Assembly (NCBI GenBank): GCA_947589215.1
Contig: CANQCL010000009.1
Location: 13,303 to 53,302 of the forward strand
Source: an uncultured Clostridia bacterium
Lineage (GTDB): Bacteria > Bacillota > Clostridia > Oscillospirales > Ruminococcaceae
Direction of reading: 5' to 3'
DNA length: 40,000 nucleotides
The notes beneath the pieces are model-generated. The model ran no database searches. It was given only the letters and a program-made list of their open reading frames with translations, and was not told where the DNA came from. A program made the position numbers and the translations under genes. Numbering within the stretch: position 1 is the first letter of the stretch; each line of letters opens with the position of its first letter. Shown in pieces: positions 19,411 through 27,396 of the stretch.

Positions 19411-19443
19411 AGATACTACTTCCCTTTTAGATTTCAATTTTAT

Positions 19444-19677
19444 TTAGTTTTTTGTAATATCTCCATTCTTTTCTCTCTTTAAATCTGATACCTTGACCTT
19501 CGTTCCGTCTGGTCGCAAAAGCTCGGTATGCTCAAGCTGCTCAGTGAGATTTCTTACATACCCACGACGGTACTCGTCTCTAAGTCTCTTTTGCTCGCTC
19601 AATTCTTCCTGTGTCAGCTTTCTCTGCTTTGAAAGCCTATAAAGCTGTGAAATTCTGTCGAGTTTTTCCTTTTCCAT
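19444..19677 (-). CDS. DUF896 (YnzC-like) protein
   Basis: LDRISQLYRLSKQRKLTQEELSEQKRLRDEYRRGYVRNLTEQLEHTEL. Confidence 0.9.
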   Translation of the reverse strand: MEKEKLDRISQLYRLSKQRKLTQEELSEQKRLRDEYRRGYVRNLTEQLEHTELLRPDGTKVKVSDLKREKNGDITKN

Positions 19678-19816
19678 TTAAACTAATTTACCTTTCTCAT
19701 TTTATATATTCTTTTTTATTTTAGCACACCTTTTATTAAAACGCAACCGCATTATCATTAATTGTCCAAAAAATTTCCCTAAAAATAATTTTATAAAAAA
19801 ACTTTTAGAAAATCTA

Positions 19817-19845
19817 TTGACAAAAATTAGTTTAAGATATATCAT
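19817..19845 (+). promoter_or_regulatory. Sigma-A-type promoter: TTGACA - 17 nt - TATCAT
   Basis: Consensus -35 at 19817-19822 and near-consensus -10 at 19840-19845. Confidence 0.55.
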
Positions 19846-19857
19846 AAAATTGTAAAA

Positions 19858-19869
19858 GAACATTTGTTC
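19858..19869. promoter_or_regulatory. Perfectly palindromic LexA-type SOS box GAACATTTGTTC-class (GAACNNNNGTTC)
   Basis: gaacatttgttc read directly; matches the core of the Gram-positive SOS box; near the expected transcription start. Confidence 0.65.
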
Positions 19870-19920
19870 TATTTGATTTACAAAACAACCGGGTTGACAT
19901 TTTAGAAAGGACATAAAAGT

Positions 19921-20157
19921 ATGGAAAATTTATTCAGAGCTTATATTAAAACTGCCGACGCTTTAAAAAAGCAGAATGAACGTCTCAAAGAAAAAATCAA
20001 AAAAACAACTGATGTAGACGAAAAAAAGGCGCTTATAAAGCGTTCAGAAACCCTTTATTCAGAATATCTTGACGTTCTTTACAGTGCAAAAATGATTGAA
20101 AATTATTTCAAGCCAAAACCAAATGTAAGTATATCTCATAAAAAAGACATCGCTTAA
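19921..20157 (+). CDS. Small coiled-coil-like hypothetical protein (78 aa)
   Basis: RBS-like gaaagga; charged helical sequence LKKQNERLKEKIKKTTDVDEKKALIKRSETLYSEYLDVLYSAKMIENYF. Confidence 0.7.
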   Translation: MENLFRAYIKTADALKKQNERLKEKIKKTTDVDEKKALIKRSETLYSEYLDVLYSAKMIENYFKPKPNVSISHKKDIA

Positions 20158-20192
20158 GCTGCTCATATCAAGAAAGGAAATTTACAATATAA

Positions 20193-20519
20193 ATGAAAAA
20201 GTATACGAATAAAAGGGTGCCTATTGAGTTTTTATATTGTGAGAAAAAAATAAGAACCGGAAAATACGCTTCAACATCAAACAAAGAGATAATTAAATTC
20301 CTGCGAGAGATAATAAACGATGATTTGACAAAAACTCAGAAACAATATATCATTATGTATTATATGAACAATATGAAAATTCACGAGATCGCTCAGGAAT
20401 TCGGAGTTAATAAATCCACTGTATCGAGAACTATCAAACGTGCTAAAAACAGAATTTACGAGCGGTTAAAATACACAAACTTCAGGAGCTTTATAGATGA
20501 TGAAGACGCCGATATATGA
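20193..20519 (+). CDS. Sigma-70 region-4-like small regulatory protein
   Basis: LTKTQKQYIIMYYMNNMKIHEIAQEFGVNKSTVSRTIKRAKNRIYERLKYT; only about 108 aa, with no recognisable region 2. Confidence 0.75.
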   Translation: MKKYTNKRVPIEFLYCEKKIRTGKYASTSNKEIIKFLREIINDDLTKTQKQYIIMYYMNNMKIHEIAQEFGVNKSTVSRTIKRAKNRIYERLKYTNFRSFIDDEDADI

Positions 20520-21882
20520 CTTCTTAACTGAATATAAAAACAAAGGCGGGATTAGGTTTCATATGCCGGGTCATAAAGGCAGAGGTCCAAACGAAATGAA
20601 AGCTGTTTCGCCGTATGATATAACTGAAATATCAGGCGCTGACTTTCTTTTTGACACATCAAATTACGGTATAATAAGCGAAAGCGAAAAAAACGCTTCA
20701 CAGCTTTTTAATTCGGCTCTTACATTATACTCAACAGAAGGCTCTACATTGGCAATCAAGACAATGCTTTTTCTCGCTGTTAAGGGTAAAAAGAGGAAAA
20801 TCCTTGCTGTGAGAAATGTACATAAAGCTTTTATTAACGCCTGCGCTTTAATTGATATTGATGTCGACTGGCTTTATACTGATAAGGCTCTTAATTCTGT
20901 ATGTACAATAAAGCTTACTTCAACTGACTTAGAGAAAGCTTTGTCAGCTTATAAAAAGGACGAGCTTCCAAGTGCTGTATACATCACCACCCCAGACTAT
21001 CTGGGAAATATGCTTGATGTGAAAAGTCTATCTGATGTATGCAAAAAATATGATATTCCTCTGCTTGTTGATAACGCTCATGGGGCGTATCTAAACTTTT
21101 TGACTGATAATTTACACCCTTTATCTCAAGGGGCAGATATGTGCTGTGATTCAGCGCATAAGACGCTTCCCTGCCTTACAGGAGGAGCATATCTGCATAT
21201 ATCTAATAAAGCAAAAGATGAATTCAAAAACAAAGCGGCGGTCAAAGAGGCTATGCAAATTTTTGCAACTACTTCCCCGTCCTACTTGATTTTAGAATCT
21301 CTCGATTTGTGCAACAGACTTTTAAGCGATAACAAGTATATCGACCGAATTAATAAACTCTGCAAAAGAGTTAAAAAGCTAAAGGCAGAGATAAAATCAA
21401 TAGGCTATTACGTAATTGATAAACCTAATACAGAACCGCTAAAGCTGGTTTTACTTACAAACGCACTAAACATTAACGGCAAAGAATTGCTTTGTCTTTT
21501 GGAAAAGCACAATATTTTCTGTGAATATGCAGATGAATCAGCCATAGTATTAATGATTTCGACCGAAAATAACGAAAATGATTTTAATGCTTTTTTGTAT
21601 GCGCTGAAAGATATTAAAAAAGAGGTAAATAATCAATCTTGTTTTTTTAAAGATGATTATATAACTATTTGGCCGGCAGAAAAGAAGATGTCAATCAGAG
21701 ACGCTTTATTCAGCAAATCGGAAACGATTTCTATTGAGAAAGCGCTGGGAAGAATATGCGCGTCTTCTGTATCAATTTGCCCGCCCTGTATTCCATTGGT
21801 AATAAGCGGAGAGGTCTTTGACCGAAACACTATAAATTTGCTCAAAAGGTATAGCATTTTTTCTGTTAATGTGGTACAATGA
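20497..21882 (+). CDS. Orn/Lys/Arg decarboxylase family PLP enzyme
   Basis: GGIRFHMPGHKGRG, YSTEGSTLAIKTMLF, LVDNAHGAYL, DSAHKTLPCLTGGAYLH. Confidence 0.9.
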   Translation: MMKTPIYDFLTEYKNKGGIRFHMPGHKGRGPNEMKAVSPYDITEISGADFLFDTSNYGIISESEKNASQLFNSALTLYSTEGSTLAIKTMLFLAVKGKKRKILAVRNVHKAFINACALIDIDVDWLYTDKALNSVCTIKLTSTDLEKALSAYKKDELPSAVYITTPDYLGNMLDVKSLSDVCKKYDIPLLVDNAHGAYLNFLTDNLHPLSQGADMCCDSAHKTLPCLTGGAYLHISNKAKDEFKNKAAVKEAMQIFATTSPSYLILESLDLCNRLLSDNKYIDRINKLCKRVKKLKAEIKSIGYYVIDKPNTEPLKLVLLTNALNINGKELLCLLEKHNIFCEYADESAIVLMISTENNENDFNAFLYALKDIKKEVNNQSCFFKDDYITIWPAEKKMSIRDALFSKSETISIEKALGRICASSVSICPPCIPLVISGEVFDRNTINLLKRYSIFSVNVVQ

Positions 21883-21947
21883 ACTACAAGAAGCAAGATA
21901 CCTTTTATCTTGTTTTTAAAAACCTAATTTATGAAAAGGTTATTCTT

Positions 21948-22931
21948 ATGGAGAATTTTTCATTTTATGAAAATAATATATTAAAGAACACGATAAGCTC
22001 AATGGTGGTTAAAAACAGGGTTGCAAATTCCTTACTTGTTTACGGAGAAAAGGGACTAGGCAAAAAAACTGCCGCTGATTATATTTCGGCTGCACTTCTT
22101 TGTGAAAAAGGCAATGGTATGCCTTGCGGAAAATGTAAATCTTGCAAAATGGTCTTACACAAAACGCATCCAGACGTCATCTACGCCGTACCAAGCGGCA
22201 AAAGCGGAAACTATAAAATAGACACTCTGCGTGAGATAGTTGAAAATGCGCCAATAATGCCGAATGAGGGCAAATATAAAATATATATTATTTCAGATAT
22301 GGACAACACACTTGTTCCGGCGCAAAACGCTCTGCTCAAGCTTATTGAAGAACCGCCCGACCATTGCGTAATTATACTGACAGCTCAGTCTCGCTCATCT
22401 CTTCTGCCGACCATTATTTCTAGAGTAGTGTCTCTTTCGGTACACGAAGTAAGCAGCGTCTCTTGCGAAAAAGCACTTGCACAATATGGTTACAAATCTG
22501 ATGATATAAAAAAATCTGTAGAAATTCTTGGCGGGAACATTGGAAAGTGCAAAAGCTATTTAGACGGAGAAAACATATTTGACGCTGTAAAAATAACCAA
22601 AAGCATAACAGACGCTATAATTGCCGCTGAGGAGTATCTGATTCTTAAAGAGTTCAGCGAGCTTATCGGAGACAAGCCTATGACATTGCTTGTTTTGGAG
22701 CTTCTCTGTGAGGTTATACGAGACGCAATGTCAGTAAATGCCGGATGTAATGAAAATATGCTGATAAGCACATATAAAAACGGTGCTGTAAAACTGGCAG
22801 AACATATATCAAAAGCTAAAGCAAGAAAAATATATCTTGTTATAACCAAATATATTGAAAGGATAAATTCAAACGGAAATCTTAGTCTTGCGATAAACTC
22901 ATTATGCTCGGAAATAAAGGAAGCTTTGTAA
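21948..22931 (+). CDS. holB: DNA polymerase III subunit delta'
   Basis: LLVYGEKGLGKKTAADYISAALLCEKGNGMPCGKCKSCKMV...HPDV...QNALLKLIEEPPDHCVIILTAQ; the track ORF extends to 21879. Confidence 0.9.
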   Translation: MENFSFYENNILKNTISSMVVKNRVANSLLVYGEKGLGKKTAADYISAALLCEKGNGMPCGKCKSCKMVLHKTHPDVIYAVPSGKSGNYKIDTLREIVENAPIMPNEGKYKIYIISDMDNTLVPAQNALLKLIEEPPDHCVIILTAQSRSSLLPTIISRVVSLSVHEVSSVSCEKALAQYGYKSDDIKKSVEILGGNIGKCKSYLDGENIFDAVKITKSITDAIIAAEEYLILKEFSELIGDKPMTLLVLELLCEVIRDAMSVNAGCNENMLISTYKNGAVKLAEHISKAKARKIYLVITKYIERINSNGNLSLAINSLCSEIKEAL

Positions 22932-22964
22932 AGAAGTTTGAAATTCAAATAACGGAGGAATAAT

Positions 22965-23828
22965 ATGGCTGAAATAATAGGCGTTCGCTTTAAACGCGTG
23001 GGGAAAGTATACTACTTTTCCCCTAACGGAGCTAAAATAGAGGTTGGAGAAAAGGTAATTGTTGAAACCTCACGTGGTATTGAATGCGGTGAGGTTGTAC
23101 TCGGCAACAAAGAAATAAAAGACAACGAGCTTAGTGTACCTCTTAAAGATATAATACGCGTTGCAACAGAAAAAGACCTCGATAAAATAGAACAGAATAA
23201 AAAGACTGAAGCGGAAGCATTTAAAATATGTGAAGAAAAAATATCAAATCACGGGCTGAATATGAAGCTCGTCGACGTTGAATGTACATTTGACAATAAC
23301 AAACTGCTTTTCTACTTCACATCTGAAAACAGGGTCGACTTCAGAGAGCTTGTAAAGGATCTGGCATCGGTTTTCAGAACAAGGATCGAACTGAGGCAAA
23401 TAGGTGTTCGTGATGAGGCTAAAATGCTCGGAGGGCTTGGTATCTGCGGCAGACCGTTTTGCTGCAAATCGTTCTTAGGAGATTTTCAGCCGGTATCAAT
23501 AAAAATGGCAAAGGATCAAAGCCTGTCATTAAATCCATCTAAGATTTCAGGAACCTGCGGAAGACTTATGTGCTGTTTAAAATACGAACAGGACGGCTAT
23601 GAGGAACTTATCAAAGGACTTCCTAAAATCGGTGCGTTTGTAGAAACTCCTGACGGAAAAGGAAATATTATCGATATAAATACTCTCACCGGGAAAATCA
23701 GAGTTAAAAATTCTGATACTGAGGCTGTAAACACTTACTCGAAAGATGATATCAAGGTTATAAAAGACGGAAGCAGTAAAGATGACAGCGAAGAATTAAA
23801 TGAACTGAAAGAGCTAGAGGATAAATAG
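22965..23828 (+). CDS. ricT: PSP1-domain protein, RicT/YaaT-like
   Basis: EKVIVETSRGIECGEVVLGNKE...RIELRQIGVRDEAKMLGGLGICGRPFCCKSFLGDFQPVSIKMAKDQSLSLNPSKISGTCGRLMCCLKYE. Confidence 0.93.
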   Translation: MAEIIGVRFKRVGKVYYFSPNGAKIEVGEKVIVETSRGIECGEVVLGNKEIKDNELSVPLKDIIRVATEKDLDKIEQNKKTEAEAFKICEEKISNHGLNMKLVDVECTFDNNKLLFYFTSENRVDFRELVKDLASVFRTRIELRQIGVRDEAKMLGGLGICGRPFCCKSFLGDFQPVSIKMAKDQSLSLNPSKISGTCGRLMCCLKYEQDGYEELIKGLPKIGAFVETPDGKGNIIDINTLTGKIRVKNSDTEAVNTYSKDDIKVIKDGSSKDDSEELNELKELEDK

Positions 23829-23847
23829 AACCCACTTTTCAACAAGC

Positions 23848-23881
23848 AAAAGCACCTACCCAAATTCGGATAGGTGCTTTA
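23848..23881. terminator. Terminator hairpin AAAGCACCTA...TAGGTGCTTT
   Basis: 10-bp inverted repeat between the convergent ricT and PepSY genes. Confidence 0.75.
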
Positions 23882-23893
23882 ATATTATCTTAA

Positions 23894-24535
23894 TTAATCA
23901 TCATAAACAGACTCAGATTCCCAAGATAAAATATTTCCAGTTTCGCTGTCGATTTCAAAATCATACTCCATATCTTTGTAAACTATAGAGCCTTCATAAA
24001 TCTGTCTGCCGTCGTCATACTCTGAGTGAATCCGAATATCTTTTTCGGTTGCTCCTTTTACTTTACTTAGCGCTGTTTTCTTTGCGTCGTTTAAAGACAC
24101 TTTTGCATTATTTTGCGCCGCTGAACCGAAATCATTATCTATGTCTGTATCCTTGCTGCGAATACTTCCGTCCTGAGCGGAAATCTCATACTCATACTCT
24201 TTATTGCCTGCGTAGAAGTCAACCTCGTACAAGGATATTCCGTCATCAATTTTCTGATTTATTCTTATTCCTGTAATATCAGATTCGGATACATTCGCAT
24301 CCTTTAAAGCTATTTTTTTAGCGTCATCTTCTGAAATTGAAGTATTTGCAGCATTTGTACTCTGCAAAGTTGTTGTGCTTTCAGATTGCTCTGTAACGCT
24401 TGTATCGGCAAGACTCTCCGACAGCTGAGTGGTATCACTTGATACATCAGATGAAGTTTTATCTTTTTCGCCGCACCCTGTCATAACTGCCATTATTGAC
24501 ATTAATACAGCCATAATTATAATTTTTGTTTTCAT
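23894..24535 (-). CDS. PepSY-domain lipoprotein
   Basis: Lipobox MTGCG; two PepSY-like units (DAKKIALKDANVSESDITGI...YEVDFYAGNKEYEYEISAQDGSI and DAKKTALSKVKGATEKDIRI...YEGSIVYKDMEYDFEIDSETGNIL). Confidence 0.88.
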   Translation of the reverse strand: MKTKIIIMAVLMSIMAVMTGCGEKDKTSSDVSSDTTQLSESLADTSVTEQSESTTTLQSTNAANTSISEDDAKKIALKDANVSESDITGIRINQKIDDGISLYEVDFYAGNKEYEYEISAQDGSIRSKDTDIDNDFGSAAQNNAKVSLNDAKKTALSKVKGATEKDIRIHSEYDDGRQIYEGSIVYKDMEYDFEIDSETGNILSWESESVYDD

Positions 24536-24649
24536 TGTTCTGACCTCCGTAATTTTAAATTGCTTTTATTCTATCAATCTATTTTTAACATTTTTACAAT
24601 AAAATATGTATGATTTGTGATTTTGCTAAAAATTACTTAACAAATATAA

Positions 24650-24682
24650 ACCGGCACCGAGTTAGACGATGCCGGTATATTT
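24650..24682 (-). terminator. Terminator-like hairpin ACCGGCA...TGCCGGT
   Basis: 7-bp inverted repeat just downstream (minus sense) of the mazF-like gene; weak T tract. Confidence 0.4.
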
Positions 24683-24738
24683 ATATATAACCATCTATTT
24701 TTAATAAGTAAACATTATTTTGCGATATGATATATTTT

Positions 24739-25131
24739 TTAAGTTCTGCCGCCTAACCCGAAGGAAATCGACAACGCACTGTTCACAGCGGACATTGAAT
24801 TCGTATCAAGCTCGCCCATTCTCTCTTTTAGACGGGTTTTATCTATTGTTCTTATCTGTTCTAAAAGCACCACTGAGTTTTTAGCAAGACCGCAGCTTGA
24901 AGCGTTTACTGCAATATGAGTTGGCAGCTTTGCCTTATCCATTTTGCTTGTTATCGCCGCCGCTATAACGGTAGGGCTGTGCTTGTTCCCGACGTCGTTC
25001 TGTACAATAAGCACAGGTCTCATCCCCCCCTGCTCTGAGCCGACTACCGGGCTTAGATCTGCGTAATATATTTCTCCCCTGTGGATTCCGTTGTCATAAT
25101 AACCCGACACATATAACACTCCCATTTTCAT
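24739..25131 (-). CDS. MazF/NdoA-family endoribonuclease toxin
   Basis: [58 protein letters not shown]...[19 protein letters not shown] closely follows the B. subtilis NdoA pattern. Confidence 0.93.
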   Translation of the reverse strand: MKMGVLYVSGYYDNGIHRGEIYYADLSPVVGSEQGGMRPVLIVQNDVGNKHSPTVIAAAITSKMDKAKLPTHIAVNASSCGLAKNSVVLLEQIRTIDKTRLKERMGELDTNSMSAVNSALSISFGLGGRT

Positions 25132-25382
25132 TTGATATTAGTGTTGACCGCACAAATAAGTTTTAAACACCTTTATATTAAAAAACGGGGAGCAAAAGGT
25201 GTGATAGTTTATTATATGACATTGTTCTTTATATTGTGATAAAAAATTTATTGAGTTGTTGTAATGCAGAATTTTATTTTCAACAGTTTTAAATGAAATT
25301 TTATCTTACGTCATTTACGCTTAAAACCCTTGCGTTTACTAACAAAATAGTGTATAATAAAATCTAAGTATTGGAAACTTGA

Positions 25383-25566
25383 GAAAAAGTTTTCGCTCAA
25401 GCCTTTTTCAAAAGGCTTGCGGGTCAAGGGCAGAGCCCTGTCGCCGACCGCAGTCGGCGAAATCCCCCTTACGTAGTGCGCTCCGCACAGGGTGAATTTA
25501 AAAATAGTCCAGTGGACTGTTTTTAAAGAGGGGCATGCCCTGCAAGAGAGGGCTGCCCCTAAAAAC
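25383..25566. repeat. GC-rich multi-hairpin intergenic element (candidate dispersed repeat / small mobile-like element)
   Basis: Consecutive inverted repeats: AAGCCTTTT/AAAAGGCTT, GGGC/GCCC, TCGCCGAC/GTCGGCGA, AGTCC/GGACT, GGGGCA..AGGGC..TGCCCC in an otherwise AT-rich spacer. Confidence 0.6.
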
Positions 25567-25594
25567 AGAAAAATTTCAGAAAGGACAAATCGTT

Positions 25595-25873
25595 ATGGAT
25601 TTAGAAATGGTAAAATACTTAGCAGAGCTTGGTAAACTTGATTTTACCGAAGATGAGCTTAAAAAGGCGTCAAGCGATATGACAAGCATTATTGAGCTTA
25701 TGGATAAGGTAAAGGAAATCGACGTCACCTATGACGCTCTTGCCGATAACAAGAATATATATTTAAACGACTTAAGAGAGGATTTCAATGAGCCCTCAAT
25801 GCCTACCGAAAAGGTAATTGCCAATGCTAAAAACAGAGATAACTGCTTTGTTGTTCCAAAGGTAGTGGAATAA
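25595..25873 (+). CDS. gatC: Asp-tRNA(Asn)/Glu-tRNA(Gln) amidotransferase subunit C; start at 25595
   Basis: MDLEMVKYLAELGKLDFTEDELKKASSDMTSIIELMDKVKEIDV...LREDFNEPSM; the track ORF extends into the upstream element. Confidence 0.92.
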   Translation: MDLEMVKYLAELGKLDFTEDELKKASSDMTSIIELMDKVKEIDVTYDALADNKNIYLNDLREDFNEPSMPTEKVIANAKNRDNCFVVPKVVE

Positions 25874-25919
25874 CAAAACGCACATTAATAAATTCCGTAT
25901 TAATTAAGGAGAATAATCA

Positions 25920-27377
25920 ATGGAACTGAAAAACAGCAGTATTAATGATATAAGAAAAGCTCTAGACGGGAAGGAAATTTCCGTAAAAGAGCTTACCGAC
26001 GAATACTACAGCCGTATTGAATCGGCAGATAAAAAGCTTGACTGCTTTATAACCCTTTCAAAAGAACAGGCTTATAAGGCTTGCGATAAAGCACAGGAGA
26101 AAATCAATAATGGGCAGGCTTCACCGCTAACTGGAATACCAATGGCGATTAAAGACAACATCTGTACAGAGGGTGTTAAAACCACCTGTGCGTCAAGAAT
26201 GCTTGAAAACTTTATTCCGCCTTACAACGCAACGGTTATGGATAAGCTAGAAAACGAGGGAATAGTAATGCTCGGAAAGGTTTCTATGGACGAGTTTGCA
26301 ATGGGCGGTTCGACTCAAACTGCGGCATTCAAGAAAACTAAAAACCCATACGATACTACGAGAGTACCGGGCGGTTCATCGGGCGGCTCGGCAAGCGCCG
26401 TTTCTGCCGACCTTTGCACAGCGGCTCTCGGCTCAGATACAGGAGGCTCAATACGTCAGCCTTCATCTTTCTGCGGAGTTACAGGTATGAAACCAACCTA
26501 CAGCCGTGTTTCAAGATACGGTTTGGTTGCGTTTGCATCATCTCTCGACCAGATAGGACCTGTAGCTAAAAACGCTCAGGACTGCGGAACTATACTAAAT
26601 GCTATCTGCGGCTTTGATATTCACGACGGAACATCTGCTAAAGTAGATGTTCCCGACTTTAACGCAAAAATAGGCAAGGATATAAAGGGGTTGAAAATTG
26701 CTCTGCCTAAAGAGTTTTTTGCCGATGGAATAGACGATGTTATAAAAACTGCGGTTTTAAAAGCCGCTGACGAATACAAGTCTATGGGCGCAGAGCTTGT
26801 AGAATGTTCTATGCCGTCGCTTAAATATGCAATTCCGGCATACTATCTTATTGCGTCTGCCGAAGCAGCTTCAAACCTTTCAAGATATGACGGTATAAAA
26901 TACGGCCACAGAACTGAAAAAAAGTGCGAGTCATATGACGAGCTTATAAAAGCGTCAAGGCGTGAGGGATTCGGCGACGAGGTTAAAAGAAGAATACTGC
27001 TCGGCAACTACGCTCTTTCGAGCGGTTACTACGACGCTTATTACGGAAAGGCAATGGCTTTAAGACAGCTTATAAGAAAAGAATACAACGATATTTTTGA
27101 AAAGTGCGATGTAATTTTAACACCTACAACGCCAACTACGGCATATCGCTGTGATGAAAACATATCTGACCCTGTAAAGATGTATCAGGCTGATATTTGC
27201 ACTGTTACCGTAAATATTGCAGGACTTCCTGCAATCTCGACCCCGTGCGGATATGACGATAAGGGACTTCCTATCGGAATGTCTATTATAGGAAAGCCTT
27301 TTGACGAGCAGACGGTAATTCAGACAGCGAACGCTTATGAAAAGAACTTTACAAGAGTTTTACCAAACATAGATTAA
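25920..27377 (+). CDS. gatA: Asp-tRNA(Asn)/Glu-tRNA(Gln) amidotransferase subunit A
   Basis: Amidase signature: GIPMAIKDNI, GGSTQTAAF...RVPGGSSGGSASAVSADLCTAALGSDTGGSIRQPSSFCGVTGMKPTY. Confidence 0.96.
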   Translation: MELKNSSINDIRKALDGKEISVKELTDEYYSRIESADKKLDCFITLSKEQAYKACDKAQEKINNGQASPLTGIPMAIKDNICTEGVKTTCASRMLENFIPPYNATVMDKLENEGIVMLGKVSMDEFAMGGSTQTAAFKKTKNPYDTTRVPGGSSGGSASAVSADLCTAALGSDTGGSIRQPSSFCGVTGMKPTYSRVSRYGLVAFASSLDQIGPVAKNAQDCGTILNAICGFDIHDGTSAKVDVPDFNAKIGKDIKGLKIALPKEFFADGIDDVIKTAVLKAADEYKSMGAELVECSMPSLKYAIPAYYLIASAEAASNLSRYDGIKYGHRTEKKCESYDELIKASRREGFGDEVKRRILLGNYALSSGYYDAYYGKAMALRQLIRKEYNDIFEKCDVILTPTTPTTAYRCDENISDPVKMYQADICTVTVNIAGLPAISTPCGYDDKGLPIGMSIIGKPFDEQTVIQTANAYEKNFTRVLPNID

Positions 27378-27396
27378 TAAACGGAGGAACAGACAA

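Noticed and set aside
24739-25566. MazF plus structured element considered as a type III-like toxin with RNA antitoxin
   Set aside because: The toxin is a type II MazF/NdoA family member, and the element is not a tandem-repeat RNA pseudoknot array; no evidence beyond proximity.
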